A stretch of 64,000 nt of DNA from contig NC_086098.1 of NCBI RefSeq assembly GCF_963921235.1, positions 5,518,001 through 5,582,000 on the forward strand. The letters are read 5' to 3'. Origin of the DNA: Mobula hypostoma. Its lineage: Eukaryota. The position numbers and the translations under genes were made by a program. A model generated the notes under the pieces. It was not told the origin of the DNA and did no database searches. It saw nothing but the letters and a program-made list of their open reading frames with translations. The first letter of the stretch is position 1; the number at the start of each line of letters is the position of its first letter. Below are positions 34,965-48,044 of this stretch, in pieces.

Positions 34965-35240
34965 CATCCTATGGGATGGATAGCCAGAGAGAGACCTATG
35001 CAGAACACCACACAAATATCCCCTGAACATTTGCAACATTTCTGCGGTACATTTCCCTGGGAACATCTGTTCTCAATTGTGCTATCAAGTTCCTGCCTGA
35101 TAGCCTCACATTTCCCCTTACTCCAATTAAATGTTTTCCTAACTTGTCTGTTCCTATCCCTCTCCAATGCTATGGTAAAGGAGACAGAATTGTGATCACT
35201 AACTCCAAAATGCTCTGCATCTGAGAGACCTGACTCTTCA
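34965..35240 (-). mobile_element. CR1 ORF2 internal fragment
   Basis: EHFGVSDHNSVSFTIALERDR, similar to 58560-58830. Confidence 0.8.
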
Positions 35241-35260
35241 TCAGTACTGGAAAAAAAGAT

Positions 35261-35567
35261 AATAGACAATAGACAATAGGTGCAGAAGTAGACCGTTCGG
35301 CCCTTCGAGCCTGCACCGCCATTCTGAGATCATGGCTGATCATCTATTATCAATACCCGGTTCCTGCCTTGTCCCCATAACCCTTGATTCCTCTATCCAT
35401 AAGATACCTATCTAGCTCCTTCTTGAAAGCATCCAGAGAATTGGCCTTCTGAGGCAGCGCGTTCCACACCTCCACAACTCTCTGGGAGAAGAAGGTCCTC
35501 CTCAACTCTGTCCTAAATGATCTACCCCTTATTCTTAAACCATGCCCTCTGGTACTGGACTCTCCCA
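35261..35567 (-). mobile_element. CR1 3' end with 7-mer (CTATTGT)n tail
   Basis: RGHGLRIRGRSFRTELRR..; AATAGACAATAGACAATAGG on plus. Confidence 0.85.
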
Positions 35568-35569
35568 TG

Positions 35570-36360
35570 AGGAGTTAAAGTAAGAAAGTGGGATGAGGTA
35601 GTTCTGGTAGATGGTGCTCGGCGAAGCAACATCCCAATCTGTGTCAGGTCTCACTGATAATTAGGAGTTCTGGTGGAAGGAGCATAGATGCTCGGCCAAG
35701 CGGTCTCCCAATCTGCATCGGGTCTTACCGATGTACAGGATATATATACTGATCTCCTGTATATCGGTGAGACCTGATGCAGATTGGGAGACCTCTTCAT
35801 CGAGCACCTATGCTCCATCCACCAGAGAATGTGTATTCTCCCAGTGGCCACCCATTTTAATTCCACTTCCATTCCCATACCACCACGTCACTATATTGCC
35901 TCCTCTACTGTCATGATGAGACCACACTCAGGCTGGAGGAGCAACACCTTAATTGCCGTCTGGGTAGCCTCCAACCTGATGGCGTGAACATCGATTTCTT
36001 GATCTTCTGGTAACGCCACCCCCACTTCACCACTCCTCATTCCCATCACCTGTCTCCCTCTGGGTCTCCTCCCTGTTTTCTTTCCTCCATGGCCTCTGTC
36101 CTCTTCTATCAGATTCCCCCTTCTCCAGCCCGGTATCTCTTTTACCAATCAACTTCACAGCTCTTTACCTGCCCTCTGCCCCCACTCCTGGTTTCACCTG
36201 TCACCTTGTGTTTCTTCCTCTCCTCCCTCCACTTTCTTACTTTGACTCCTCATCTTTTTCTCTCCAGTCCTGATGAGGGATCTCGGCCCGAAACATCGAC
36301 TGTTTACCCTTTTCCCCAGATGCTGCCTGGCCTGCTGAGTTCCTCCAGCATTTTGTGTGT
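35570..36360 (+). mobile_element. Older PLE 3' part (GIY-YIG remnant + pLTR) with inverted 5' pieces
   Basis: LLYIGET..RLGD..EHL, LPVATHFNS, LRLEEQHL..RLGSLQPDG; pLTR. Confidence 0.85.
36265..36302 (+). ncRNA. Minimal type I hammerhead motif
   Basis: CAGUC-CUGAUGA-GGG AUCUCGG CCC-GAAA-CAUC^GACUG; stem III palindrome mutated. Confidence 0.7.
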
Positions 36361-36519
36361 GGTGACGTATATGTAATTTGATAATAAATTTACTTTGAAC
36401 AAGTCAGGCAGCCTCTGTGAAGAGAGAAATTGAATGAATATTGCCAGAAGTTGAGTGATATTGAAACCAGATACATTTAAACTTGCAGAAGAATGGAGAG
36501 AACAATAAAGACATTACAA

Positions 36520-36808
36520 GAATGCAGATGATGTGTAGAGGATGTTTCCTATGGTGGATGAGTTTCAGAGATTCATCAGAGGGTTGTGAATTTATGGAGT
36601 TCCTTGCCACAGAGGCCTGTGGAGGACACCACTGGGTACATTTAAAGCAGAGTTTGATAGGTTCTTGATTAGCCAGGTCATCGAAGATTATGACGCTAAG
36701 GCAGAAGAACGGGGTTGAAAGGGATAATAAATCAGCCATGCTGGAATGGCAGAGCAGACTCAATGGCTGAATGGCCTAATTCTCCTCATATATCTTATGA
36801 TCTTATGG
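36520..36808 (+). mobile_element. Old CR1 3' fragment
   Basis: CR1 3' UTR and TCTTATGATCTTATGG tail. Confidence 0.75.
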
Positions 36809-37420
36809 AAAATACAACTGTGCTGCTTCAAAGAGGTCATTCTAGCCTCGGCCATAGGCTCTATAATGAGTTAACCTATAGCTGGTGAAGTGATGACCCC
36901 CTTCTGTTAGACTGTTTGAAGTAACTTATCTTTTTATTCTGTCTTACTTCTCTTCTAATATTTGTGTATTTGTATATCTGTGCACTTGTAATGCTGCTAT
37001 GACACCATAATTTCCTGTGGGATCAATATTTGTCTATCTACCTACAGTATCTGATGGATTGTTCGCACCAGCTCAACAGTCGAGAGGAATACAAATAAAG
37101 GAAGAACAGAGAGCTGAGAACAATCTTACTGAGCATGTTAGATACAGAACAGAGCAAGCTCTTGATATCCAAAATAAGGAAACACTAAGAAAGTCTTGCA
37201 GGTCAGGCAGCTTCTGTGCTGTGTGTCTCTCTCTCTCTGGAGAGAGTGCAGCTGGCCGGGGATTGACTGGGGGTGCTGGAAATCAAAACAACAAGATGCT
37301 GCCCTGACTGCATGTTTTCCTAGTTACTCCTAATCTGCTTCAAACATCTCCTGCTCATTTCACCCTCTCATAGACCACAACACCATAAGGTAGCGGAACA
37401 GAATTAGACCAATCATAACT

Positions 37421-37610
37421 AGTGTGTGGAATGGGCTGCCGGCCACGGTGGTGGAGGCGGATACAATAGGTTCTTTTAAGAGACTCCTGGACAGGTAGAG
37501 GGAGCTTAGAAAAACAGAGGACTATGGGTAACCCTAGGTAATTTCTCATGTAAGGACATGTTCGGCACAGTTTTGTGGGCTGAAGGGCCTGTATTGTGCT
37601 GTAGGTTTTC
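37421..37610 (+). mobile_element. CR1 3' end
   Basis: VWNGLPATVVEADTIGSFKRLLD; same subfamily as 62560-62820. Confidence 0.8.
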
Positions 37611-37741
37611 AATCAGCCTGTCAAGTTTTCTCTGCTGTTCCATTATAGCCGATCGATTTTGCTTAATTTGGTTGTTTGTCTGCCTTTGCTTGTATGTAGA
37701 TGTTTTCATTGTTTTCACTGTATGTCTTTGTTCAACTGTGG

Positions 37742-38285
37742 ACATAAGAACATACGAAATAGGAGCAGGAGTAGGCCATCCGGCCCATCAAGCCTGCCCC
37801 ACTATTCAATAAGTTCATGGCTGATCTGTCCGTAAACCCAGATCCATCTACCTACCTTTTCCCCATAACCCTTAATTCCCCTACTATGTAAAAACCTATC
37901 TAACTGTTTCTTAAATATATTTAGTGAAGAAGCCTCAACTGCTTCCCTGGGCAAAGAATTCCACAGATTCATCACTCTCTGGGAAAAACAGTTTCTCCTC
38001 ATCTCCATCCTAAATCTTCTTCCCTGAAGATTTGAGGCAATGTCCCCTAGTTCTCGTCTCACCTAACAATGGAAACAACTTTCCTACTTCTATCTTATCT
38101 ATCCCTTTCAAAATTTTGTCTGTTTCTATAGGATCCTCTCTCATTCTTCTGAACTCCAGAGAGTATAGTCTCAGGTGACTGTTTCATCCCTGGAATCAAC
38201 CTGGTGAACCTCCTCTGCACTGCCTCCAAAGCCAGTATATCCTTCCTCAAGTATGGAGACCAGAACTTCACACAGAACTCCAGGT
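37742..38285 (-). mobile_element. CR1 3' fragment, (TTCTTATG)n-like tail
   Basis: HLEFCVKFWSPYLRKD, FSQRVMNLWNSLP. Confidence 0.88.
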
Positions 38286-38764
38286 GAATGTCTGCAAGAA
38301 TATGAATCACATGGTGACATTTACGAACTTTGTTAATGAATTTACTTTGAACTTTGTACTCTCAGCCCCAATCTCCTGCCTTCTTCCTGTAGCCTTTCAC
38401 ACCTTTACTAACTGAGAATCTATCAACCTTTGCTTTAAATATATCCAATGACTTGGCCTCTGAGATTCCCTGTGTTATCTTACTCCAGCCCTTCCACTAC
38501 GTATTCAAACATGACTGAGTTTCAGTCTTTTTGTTTGTTCTGAACAGCGTCCATTGATCTGAAACATTAACTCTGTTTCTCTCACTGCACATATCGCCTG
38601 ACTTGCTGAGTGCTTCTTGAACCGTCTAATTCTGATCCTAAGCCTTATGGTCTCATAGTCTTACAGTCTGAAAGGGTGGAGATGAACAGAAGATGTTTGC
38701 TCTTTTCATTTTAATATTTCCTCCACCTGTAGCTGAGTTGCTTTCCCATAGTTATAAAGTTTCT

Positions 38765-39030
38765 GTTATTTATTTAGTAATACAGCACAGAGCTGGCTCT
38801 TCTGGCCCAACAAGACAATGAACTGCACCAACCAGCAACCCACCTATTTTAATAGCTGCCCAATCACAGGACAATTTACAACGACCAATTAATCTACTGA
38901 CTGGTACATATTTGGACTGTGGGAGGAAACCCACAAAGTCCGTGGGGAGAATGTACAACCTCCTTGAACTCCAAACTCTGAAATGACCCGAGCTGTAATA
39001 GTGTCATCCTAACCACTACGTTATCATGGC
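38765..39030 (-). mobile_element. V-SINE (HE1-like)
   Basis: Similar to 13515-13805. Confidence 0.7.
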
Positions 39031-39554
39031 ATCCGTCTCTAAACTGCTCAGTTATCTGCACATTCCACAATGTAGGAACAAGTGGGAGATATTAATTATG
39101 CTTCGATTTTCACATTGATGCAAATAATTGACAGGTATGATGTGGGCATCTCTGTGGAAGAGAGTGTTACTGTAACAAGCACATCTATAAATATCATCTG
39201 CAGCACAGAATCTAATTCTACAATATTTCCTCAATGACCAACTGTGTTTGTCTGAACATATCTTCGTGGTTTGTTGCTCAAATTAGCAGTCAGTTACAAG
39301 TGATGTTATAATTTGCCACAGGGAAAATACACGTTTATATTTGTCCTGAAGTAATGTAACTGATGAATATTTAATACAGCATTGTGAACTGGGATCAAGT
39401 GCTTGTGACCACTCTGCATTGACATTAAAACTGATTTTCATTTGAAAATAAGTTCGTGTCAAATGCAAGGATTTGTTTCTAAAGTGGTCTTTTGTGCTCC
39501 TTAGGAAATACAAAAGATAGAGGATGATATTTGAGTTCCTATTTATCCAAAATT

Positions 39555-39830
39555 TTATTTAGCGATATAGCACGAAACAGGCCCTTCCAGCCCAATGTGA
39601 CGCGCTGCCCGGCAACCCCTATTAACCCTAGCCTAATCACAGGACAATTTTCATTGACCAATTAGTCTACTATCCGGTACGTCTTTAGAATGTGGGTGGA
39701 AGTCAGAGCACGCAGAGGAAACCCACACAGTCAAGGTGAGAATGTACAAATCCCTTACAGACAGCGGTGGGAATTCAACCCAGACACTGGCGCTGTAATA
39801 CACTATGCTGACGGCTACATTACACTGTGA
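39555..39830 (-). mobile_element. V-SINE (HE1-like)
   Basis: B box GGTTGAATTCC on minus; V-domain; same tail as other copies. Confidence 0.7.
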
Positions 39831-40219
39831 TCATGGGTTACTCTAAGCCCATTCTTGTTATTGCTTAATTTTAAATTTAAATCTATATTGCAATTTGGCT
39901 TTGTTGAAGTAGCTCTTGCTAAGTGTGCTTCAGCATAAATTATTAAAAAGGGTCAGTTAACTGACTTTATCTCTAACATTAGCACTTTATAATGCTAATT
40001 GAAATTACATTGGATAGCCTTAGTCTTTGCCTTCATAGCTTAAAAGTCCAAATGATAATATTGTGCAGTGATTGAATATCTGTCACTAAGTCTGTTTTGC
40101 TGGTTGCAACGAAGTAGTCTTGCTTCGAAATGCTGCCTTTATCTCCAAGGGAAATAAACATTCTGTGTATTTAATATTTCAGTTATATTTGAGTAATCTT
40201 GTACATATTAGTTGATAAA

Positions 40220-43200
40220 GCAAATTGCAGATGGTGGGATGAGTTGCAGTGCAACATCGGGTCAAAATAGAAACCGGCGATGAACACAGGACTGAGGGTT
40301 TATATCTGAATGCAGGCAGTATACAGAATAAGGTAGATGATTGCATAGTGCAGTTACATGTTGGCAGGTATGATGTTGTGGGCATCTGTGTAGTGGCTGA
40401 AAGAAGATCATAGTTGGGAGCTTACAATCCAACAATAAACTTTGTATTGATGGGACTGGCTGGTAGTTGGGGGGGGGGGTGGAGTGGCTCTGTTGCTAAA
40501 GACATGAAATCAAGTCTGTAGAAAGAAGTGACATAGGATCAGAAGATGTAGAATCCTTGTGAGTAGAGTTAAGAAACTGCAAGAGTTAAAAGACACTGAT
40601 GGGAGTTCTGAACAGGCCTCTGAATAGTAGCCAGGATTTGAGCTACAAATTACAATAGATATGTCAAAAAGGGCAAGACTTTAATTGTCATGGAGGATTT
40701 CAATATGCAGGTAGATTGGTAAAATCAGTTTGGTGCTGGAGCCCAAAAGAGGGAGTTTGTAGAATGCCTCGACCATAAGTCCATAAGACACAGGAGCAGG
40801 ATTAAGCCATTCAGCCCATTAATTCTGCTCTGCCATTTCATCATGGCTGATCCTGGATCCCATTTAACCCAACCCTCTCACCATATCCCTTGATGGCCCA
40901 GCCAATCAGAAATCTATCAACTTCTGCTTTGAATAAACTCACAGACTTATCCTCCACTGCAGTCTGTGGCAGAGCATTCCACAGATTCACCAATCTTTTG
41001 TCTAAAAAATTCCCCCTTACTTCTTTACTTCTGTTCTAAAATGTTACCCCTCAAGCCTACAAGATGGCTTCTTAGAGCATCTCGTGTTGGAACTCACTAC
41101 GGGCAATTCTGGATTGAGTGTTGTGCAATGAATCGTTTGATTAGGGAGCTTAAGGTAAAAGAACCCCAAGGAGGCAGTGATCATAATGAGATAGACTTCA
41201 CCCTACAATTTGACAATGAGAAGCTAAAGTAAAATGTATCAGTTGATGCACTATACTTCCCTTTACCCCACTGTAAAACTGACACATTTTACTTTAGCTT
41301 CTCATTGTCAGAAATGGGCCAAAGTTGATTGGAAGGGGCACTAGCAGGGATAATGGCGGAACAACAATGGATGTAGTTCCTGTGGCAATTTGGAAGGTGC
41401 AGGATAAATATATCCCAAAGATAAAGAAGTATTCTAAAGACAGCTTGACACAACTGTGAATGGCAAGGGAAGTCAAAAACAACATCAAAGCAAAAGAGAG
41501 GGCATTTAATAAAGCAAAAATTAGTGGGAAGTTAGAACATTTGGAAGCTTTTAAAAACCAACAGATGAATACTAAAAATGTATAGGAAGGGGAAAGATGA
41601 ACAATGAAGGTAAGCTAGCCAATAATATCAAAGAGGATACCAAAGGCTTTTTCGGATATACTGTATAAAGAGTGAAAGGGAAGTGAGAGTAGATAATGAA
41701 CCACTGGAAAATAATGTTGGAGAGGTAGTAATTGGGGACAAGGAAATGGCAGACAAACTAAATAAGAATTTTGCATCCACCTTCCCCTTCACTGTGGAAT
41801 ACACTACCAGTATGCTGAAATTTCAAGAGTATCAGGATGAGTGCAATTGTTATTACTAGGGGGAAGGAGCTTGGGAAGCTGAGATGTCTGAAGGTAGGTA
41901 AGTCACCTGGACCAGATGGACAACATCCAAAATATCACTCCACTATTCAAAAAGGGAGGAAGGCAGAGGAAAGAAAACTATAGGCCAGTTAGCCTGAACT
42001 CAGTAGCTTGGAAGATATTGGAGTTGATTGTTAAGGATGTGGTTTTGGGCTGCTGGGAGGCACGTGATAAAATAGGCCAAAGTTAGCATGACTTCCTTAA
42101 GGAAAAATCTTGTCTGATAATTCTATGGGAACAAGCAGCATAGACAAAGAAGAAGTAATGGATGTAATGTACTTGGACTTTCAGAAGGCCTTTGACAAGG
42201 TGCCTCACATGAAGCTCCTTAACAAGCTAAGAGCCAGTGGTATTACAGGAAAGATACTAGCATGGACAGAGGTTTGGCTGATTGGCAAGAGGCAAAGAAT
42301 TGGAATAAGGGGGGCTTTTCTGGTTGGCTTCCGGTGACTAGTGGTGTTTTGTAGGGTTCAGTGTTGTGACCACTTCTTTTTACATTATATGGGAATGATT
42401 TGGATGATGGAATAAATTGCTTTGTGGCTCAGTTTGCAGATGATAGGAGGTAGCAGGTGGTGTTGAAGCTGGGAGGCTGCAGAAGCACTTAGAAAGATTA
42501 GGAGAATGAGCAGTTGGAATATAGTGTCAGGAAGTGTATGGTCATGCACTTTGGTAGAAGGAATAAAAGTGTAGACTATTTTCTAAATGGGCAAAAAATC
42601 CAAAAGTCTGAGGTGCAAAGGGACTTGCGAGTCCTCTTGCAGAATTCCCTAATGATTAAATTGAGTCAGTGATGAGGAAGGCAAATGCGATCTTAGCATT
42701 CATTTTGAGGATGAGAATATGAAAGCAAGGATGTAATGCTCAGCATTATAAGGCACTAGTGATGCCTCACTTAGAGTATTATGAGCAGTTTTTGGCCTTT
42801 TATCTAAAAAAAGATGTGCTAACATTGGGAAGGTTTCAGAGGGGGTTCACAATAATGATTCCTGCGATGAAAGGGTAATAATATGAAGAGCTTTTCATGA
42901 CTCTGGGCCTGTACTTACTGGAATTGAGAAGAATGAGGGGGATCTCATTGAAACCCATGGGATGAGTGGGTTAGAGTGGATGTGGAGAGGATGATTCCTA
43001 TAGTGGGGGGGTGGGGTGGGAATCTAGGACCAGAGGGAACAGCCTCAGAATAGAGGGACGTCCATTTAGAACAGAGATGTGGAGGAATTTTTTTAGCTAG
43101 AGGATGGTGAATCTATAGTATTTGTTGACACAGGCAGCTGTAAAGGCCAAATTAATGAGTATATTTAAAGCGGAGGTTGATAGGTTTTTGATTAGTTGGA
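40220..43200 (+). mobile_element. Old decayed CR1 ORF2, interrupted by a minus-strand CR1 3' end (40772-41055)
   Basis: LYLNA.SI.NK.D, GGSDHN, LDFQKAFDKVPH, FADD. Confidence 0.88.
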
Positions 43201-43354
43201 GCATGATGTTTTTCAGATTTCTTAAAGTCTACTGTTCACACATTCATAGAATTAGAATTAAATTACAGGACGGGGATATTATCTTTTCAGCCATCAATTT
43301 CTGTTCCCATCTAGAATCAACTGACAGGCATGAACATTTACATAATATTCTCTT

Positions 43355-44125
43355 CGATGGTGACAAGGAGGCATACAGAAGGGAGTTAGATCAGCTGGTT
43401 GAATGGTGGCAGATTATCGATCAAGTACTCAATGTCAGTAAGTCCAAGGAGCTGATTGTAAACTTCAGGAAGGGGAAGTCGAGGGAGCATGCACCAGTCC
43501 TCATTGAGGGGTCAGCAGTGGAAAGGGGAGGAGTTACAAGATCCTGGGTGTTAACATCTCTGAAGATCTATCCTGGGTTCAAAATATATTGATGCAATTG
43601 CAAAGAAGGCACAACAGCAGCTGTATTTCATTGGGAGTTGAGAAGACTTCGTATGTCACGAAAGACACTCGCAAATTACCACAGATGCCCCATGGAGAGC
43701 ATTCTGACTGGTGTGGAGGGAGCCACTGCACAGGATTAGAAGAAGCTGCAGAAAATTGAAAACTCATCCAGCTCCATCATGGACTCTAGCCATGGGTATC
43801 ATTGAGGACATCATCAAAAGGCAATACCCATCATTATGGACCACCAGAACCCAGGACATGCCCTCTTCTCCTACCTACCATTAGGGTGGAGGTACAGGAG
43901 CCTGAAGACACACACTGGATGTTTTAGGATCAACTTCTTCCCCTCCATCAACAGAGTTCTGAATGGACAATGAATCCTCACCATTTTTTGCTTTCTTTTT
44001 TGCACTACCAATGTAATTATTTATCTATGTTTTTCTTTCTAATTTTCATGTATCTCACTGTACTGCTGCCACAAAACAACAAATTTCACAACATCCATCA
44101 CTGATAATAAACCTAGTTCTGAAGT
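43355..44125 (+). mobile_element. Old Rex1/Babar-type 3' fragment
   Basis: AYRRELDQLVEW..LNVSKSKELIV.FRK; 3' tail. Confidence 0.82.
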
Positions 44126-44499
44126 TCTTTAAAAGCAAAGACCTGCTTGCTCTCTGAGGCATATATAAATGATTCCCACGAAATTACTTAAGTGAACAAT
44201 AGACAAAGTGTTCTAATCCTTAATGTAGAATGAGGCTATTTGACCCACCAAGTCCATGTGTTGGCCTCAACTCAATCTGATCAGTCCCATTCCCACAGTA
44301 ACCTCTTCCTTATTTTATGCGAATAAATTGGTTACTTCCCCTCTAATTCTTCTGAACCTGCCTGCATCAGGGACAATTAGCATATTTGAGATGTGGGTGG
44401 AAATCAGAGTACCCGAGGGAAACCTACTTCGTCGTGGGAGATTGTGTGAAATCCACACAGATGGAACCTGAGGTGAGAATCACACTAGCGTGACTCTGC

Positions 44500-45030
44500 G
44501 TCACCATCCGGTATGGGAATTACAAGGCATCTGACTGCAAGACCCTACAAAGAATTGCGAGTATTGCTGAGGGGAGTATTGCGGTCTCTCTTCCTCACAT
44601 CCAAGATATTTATCAGGAGCACTGCACACACAGGACCCTCAGCATTGTCAAAGACTCCTCCCATCTGCCCGCCATCACTTTGACCCCCCCCCCGCCATCA
44701 TACAGGAGGTATCGCAGCATGATGACAATGGTAGTTTAGATGGGTAACAGCTTTTTTCCCCCAGGCTGTGAGACTACTGAACTCCCTGTCACCACCCAGG
44801 TCTCATCACATATGAAATGCCAGTGGTGTCATACTGTTTAAATTTTAACTTGCGTTGTAAATGTCAATATTCTGGAATATATATTATTTGTTAATTTAAT
44901 TGTGGTAAGATTACTTAAAATTTTGTGTGTGAGTTATATGTACTGTGCCGTGAACCTTGGTCCGGAGGAACATTGTTTCGTTTAGTGGTATACATGTATA
45001 CAGTTGAATGACAATAAACTGAAATTGAAA
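44500..45030 (+). mobile_element. Rex1-related LINE 3' end (distinct family; same tail on minus at ~3848-3930)
   Basis: ..YGN..ASDCKTLQRI; tail GAATGACAATAAACTGAAATTGAA. Confidence 0.6.
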
Positions 45031-45139
45031 AATGTGTTGCTGGTCTCCTGTTCAATATCTTTTCCTCATTTAAACCCACTAATTATCACACGCTGGCCAA
45101 ATACATACTCTTTGTTTATGAAGATTAGTTGTTAATCAG

Positions 45140-46490
45140 TTACCTCCTTGTGTAATTGGATCCTAGATTTCCTCACTTGTAGACCCCAGTCAGCTGGGAG
45201 TGGCAACAACATCTCCTCCAACGATCTCTATCAGCACAGATACACAGATGCACCATAGGGCTGTGTATTTAGCCCCTGCTCTACTCACTTTACCATTTAA
45301 CCATATAACCATATAACCATATAACAATTACAGCACGGAAACAGGCCATCTCGGCCCTTCTAGTCCGTGTCAAACTCTTACTCTCACCTAGTCCCACCGA
45401 CCTGCACTCAGCTGATAACCCTCCATTCCTTTCCTGTCCGTATAGCTGTCCAATTTAACTTTAAATGACAACATGAAATTACACCAATGACTGTGAGGCT
45501 AACACAGCTCCAACACCATATTCAAGTTTGCTGACAACACCACTGTTGTAGGCCGAATCAAAGGTGGTGACGGATCAGCATTCAAGACAGAGAATGAAAA
45601 TCTGGCTGAGTGATGTCACAACAACAACCTGTCACCCAATGTTAGCAAGATCAAGGAAATGATTGTCGACTTCAGGAGAGGGAAACCAGATGTATGAGCC
45701 AGTCCTCATCGGAGGATCAGAGGTGGGGAGGGTTAGCAACTTTAAATTCCTGGTGTTACTATTCAGATGATCTGTCCTGGGCCCAGCAGGCAAGTGCATT
45801 TGCAAAGAAAGCACAGCAGTGCTTCTACTTCCTTCGGCGTCTACGGAGATTCGGCATGACACCTAAAACTTTGACAATCTTCTATTCGTGTATACTTGAG
45901 AGTGTATTGACTGGCTGTATCACAACCTGCTATGGGAACACCAATGCCTTTGAACGGAAAGTCCTACAAAACCTAGTGGATTCAGCCCAGGACATCACGG
46001 GTAAAACCCTCCCAGCCATTGAGCACATCTACATGAAATACTGTTGTAGGAAAGCAGCATCCATCAGCAGAGATTGACACCTGTCAGGTCGTGCTCTCTT
46101 CTTGCTGTTGCCCTCAGATAGAAGGTGCAAGAGCCTCAGGACTCACACCACCTGGTTCAAGAATTGCTACTACCCCTCAACCATCAGGCTCTTGAACAAA
46201 AGGGGATAATTACACTCATTTGCCCATCCATTGAGGTGTTCCCACAGCCAATGTCTCACCTTAAGGACTCTTTATCTCATTACCTGATGTTCTTGTTATT
46301 TATTGCTATTTACTTACATTTGCATTTGCACAGTTTGTTGTCTTCTGCACTCTGGTTGATCTTTCATTGATCCTGCTATAGTTACTATCCTACATATTTG
46401 CTGAGCACGCCCGCAGGAAAATGAATCTCAGGGTTATATGTGATGGCATATATGTACCATGATAATAAATTTACCTTGACTTTGTTTTTG
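45140..46490 (+). mobile_element. Old Rex1/Babar-type LINE, interrupted by a CR1 3' end with (TTATATGG)n tail at 45298-45475 (minus)
   Basis: KFADNTT, YFLRRLRRFG, ESVLTGCITTCYGN; CCATATAA x3. Confidence 0.85.
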
Positions 46491-47789
46491 ACTTTTCTCA
46501 TGATTGTACTTCAAAGAAACTTTATTGTCTATAAAGGGACTTGGACCATGAAAGCTCCATATAAATGCTTCTAAACTAAGTAAAGATGAATTTATAATAA
46601 ATTCTGGTAGAATTATTTACTGTGTTTGCTGCTTTTTCTATCATCTTAAAGTTTAGAGAGCATTTCTCCAGGGCTGAATTAAATCATTGGTACCTATATC
46701 AAACAGAAGTAGTCCCAAAACAGATTCCCTGTGGATAGCTCTATCCTAGTTCAACAACTTAAAAACTACCCCTGGTCATAGTCACCACAAATTTCCTTTT
46801 AACAGTTTTTATCCATGTTTTATGCCCTGGCAAATCACAGCAATAGAAGTTCTTGGTTCTTCTTCAAGTGTCACCTGTGTCTCAAATTTATCTGAAATTC
46901 ATTCAAATCATATGTGCCAACCATGATATCTATCATGACCTTATAGAACTGGCATAGAACAGAAATTCCTCTTTGGATATTTGCAGAAAACATGTAATAT
47001 AGTGCAGACCTCCATGTTCAGGGTTCAGCTCAGGGCTAACAACCCTGACTGGTAAAACAAAATTGTTACGGAAACAGCAATGAAGAATCCTTCTCTGGGA
47101 CTTGCATGACTGACAGTAGTGAAAACTGAACGACTGACATAATGAAGGACACTGCCAGAGATAGAAGAACTTCATTGCTGCCCCAAACATCAGTGGTGTA
47201 ACAGGCAGCAGATAGTACCAGATAATTCCTCTTCTTCCAACATTTAGTTTCATTGGAGTTGGTTTGAGAAGGGGAGTAAAGCACAGTGCCTTTGCTGCAA
47301 TCTGCAATATTCAATAATGGTTGAGGAAAAAGTTTGGCCTGAAAGGGTTGTCAACCATGTCTGGGGAAGATTGCACTAGCAAACAACACGACTAAGGGCA
47401 ACATCCTTCTGACAGTTTATAAAACTACTCCTTTCACTTCTTTTTCTTACAAATGTGGTTCTGCTACTGTTGGAGCCTGTGATCAACATTTTGGTGGTGT
47501 ATTTTTGGGCCAATGGAGCAATCTGGCACCTTGCTGTCTCCGAGGAATTTTTGAGGTTTTGTGCAAAGTGAGTGGCCTAGAGGTGGAGCACGAGCCAATG
47601 AATAACTCCATTTCTCACCAATCTGACCGATTAAATGTCGAGGAAGTTTGAAATCATCGAGGCTGAAGCAGAAGATGAGCAGGTGTTCAGTGTCATCTAG
47701 CAGCTGGTGACCGGTCTCTCTCCCTCCCTTTCGCTCAGAGGAAGGTGTCTGCTTGTGATGATCTTGCTCTCTCTCTCTCTTGCAAAGAA

Positions 47790-48030
47790 ACTGCTGTGTG
47801 TGAAAATCCCTGGAGATCAGCAGTTTCTCAAACCAACATGTCTAGCACCAACAATTATTCAATGGTCAAAGTAACTGAGATCACATTTCTTCCCCATTCT
47901 GATGTTTGGTCTGCACAACAACTAAACACCTTGACTATGCATTCAGTTGCTGCCACATGTTTTAGCTAATTAAATACTTGCATTAACAAGCAGGTGTGCT
48001 AGTGTACCTAATAAAGTGGCCACTCAATAT
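47790..48030. mobile_element. Tc1-like non-autonomous DNA transposon remnant, terminal part
   Basis: Ends in GTACCTAATAAAGTGGCCACTCA (TIR-like); homologous to 63090-63330. Confidence 0.65.
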
Positions 48031-48044
48031 ATAGGGAATTGCTG

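Noticed and set aside
46985..47780. Possible RTE-like 5' UTR and another non-autonomous repeat
   Set aside because: Only vague resemblance; no second copy or diagnostic motif in the window
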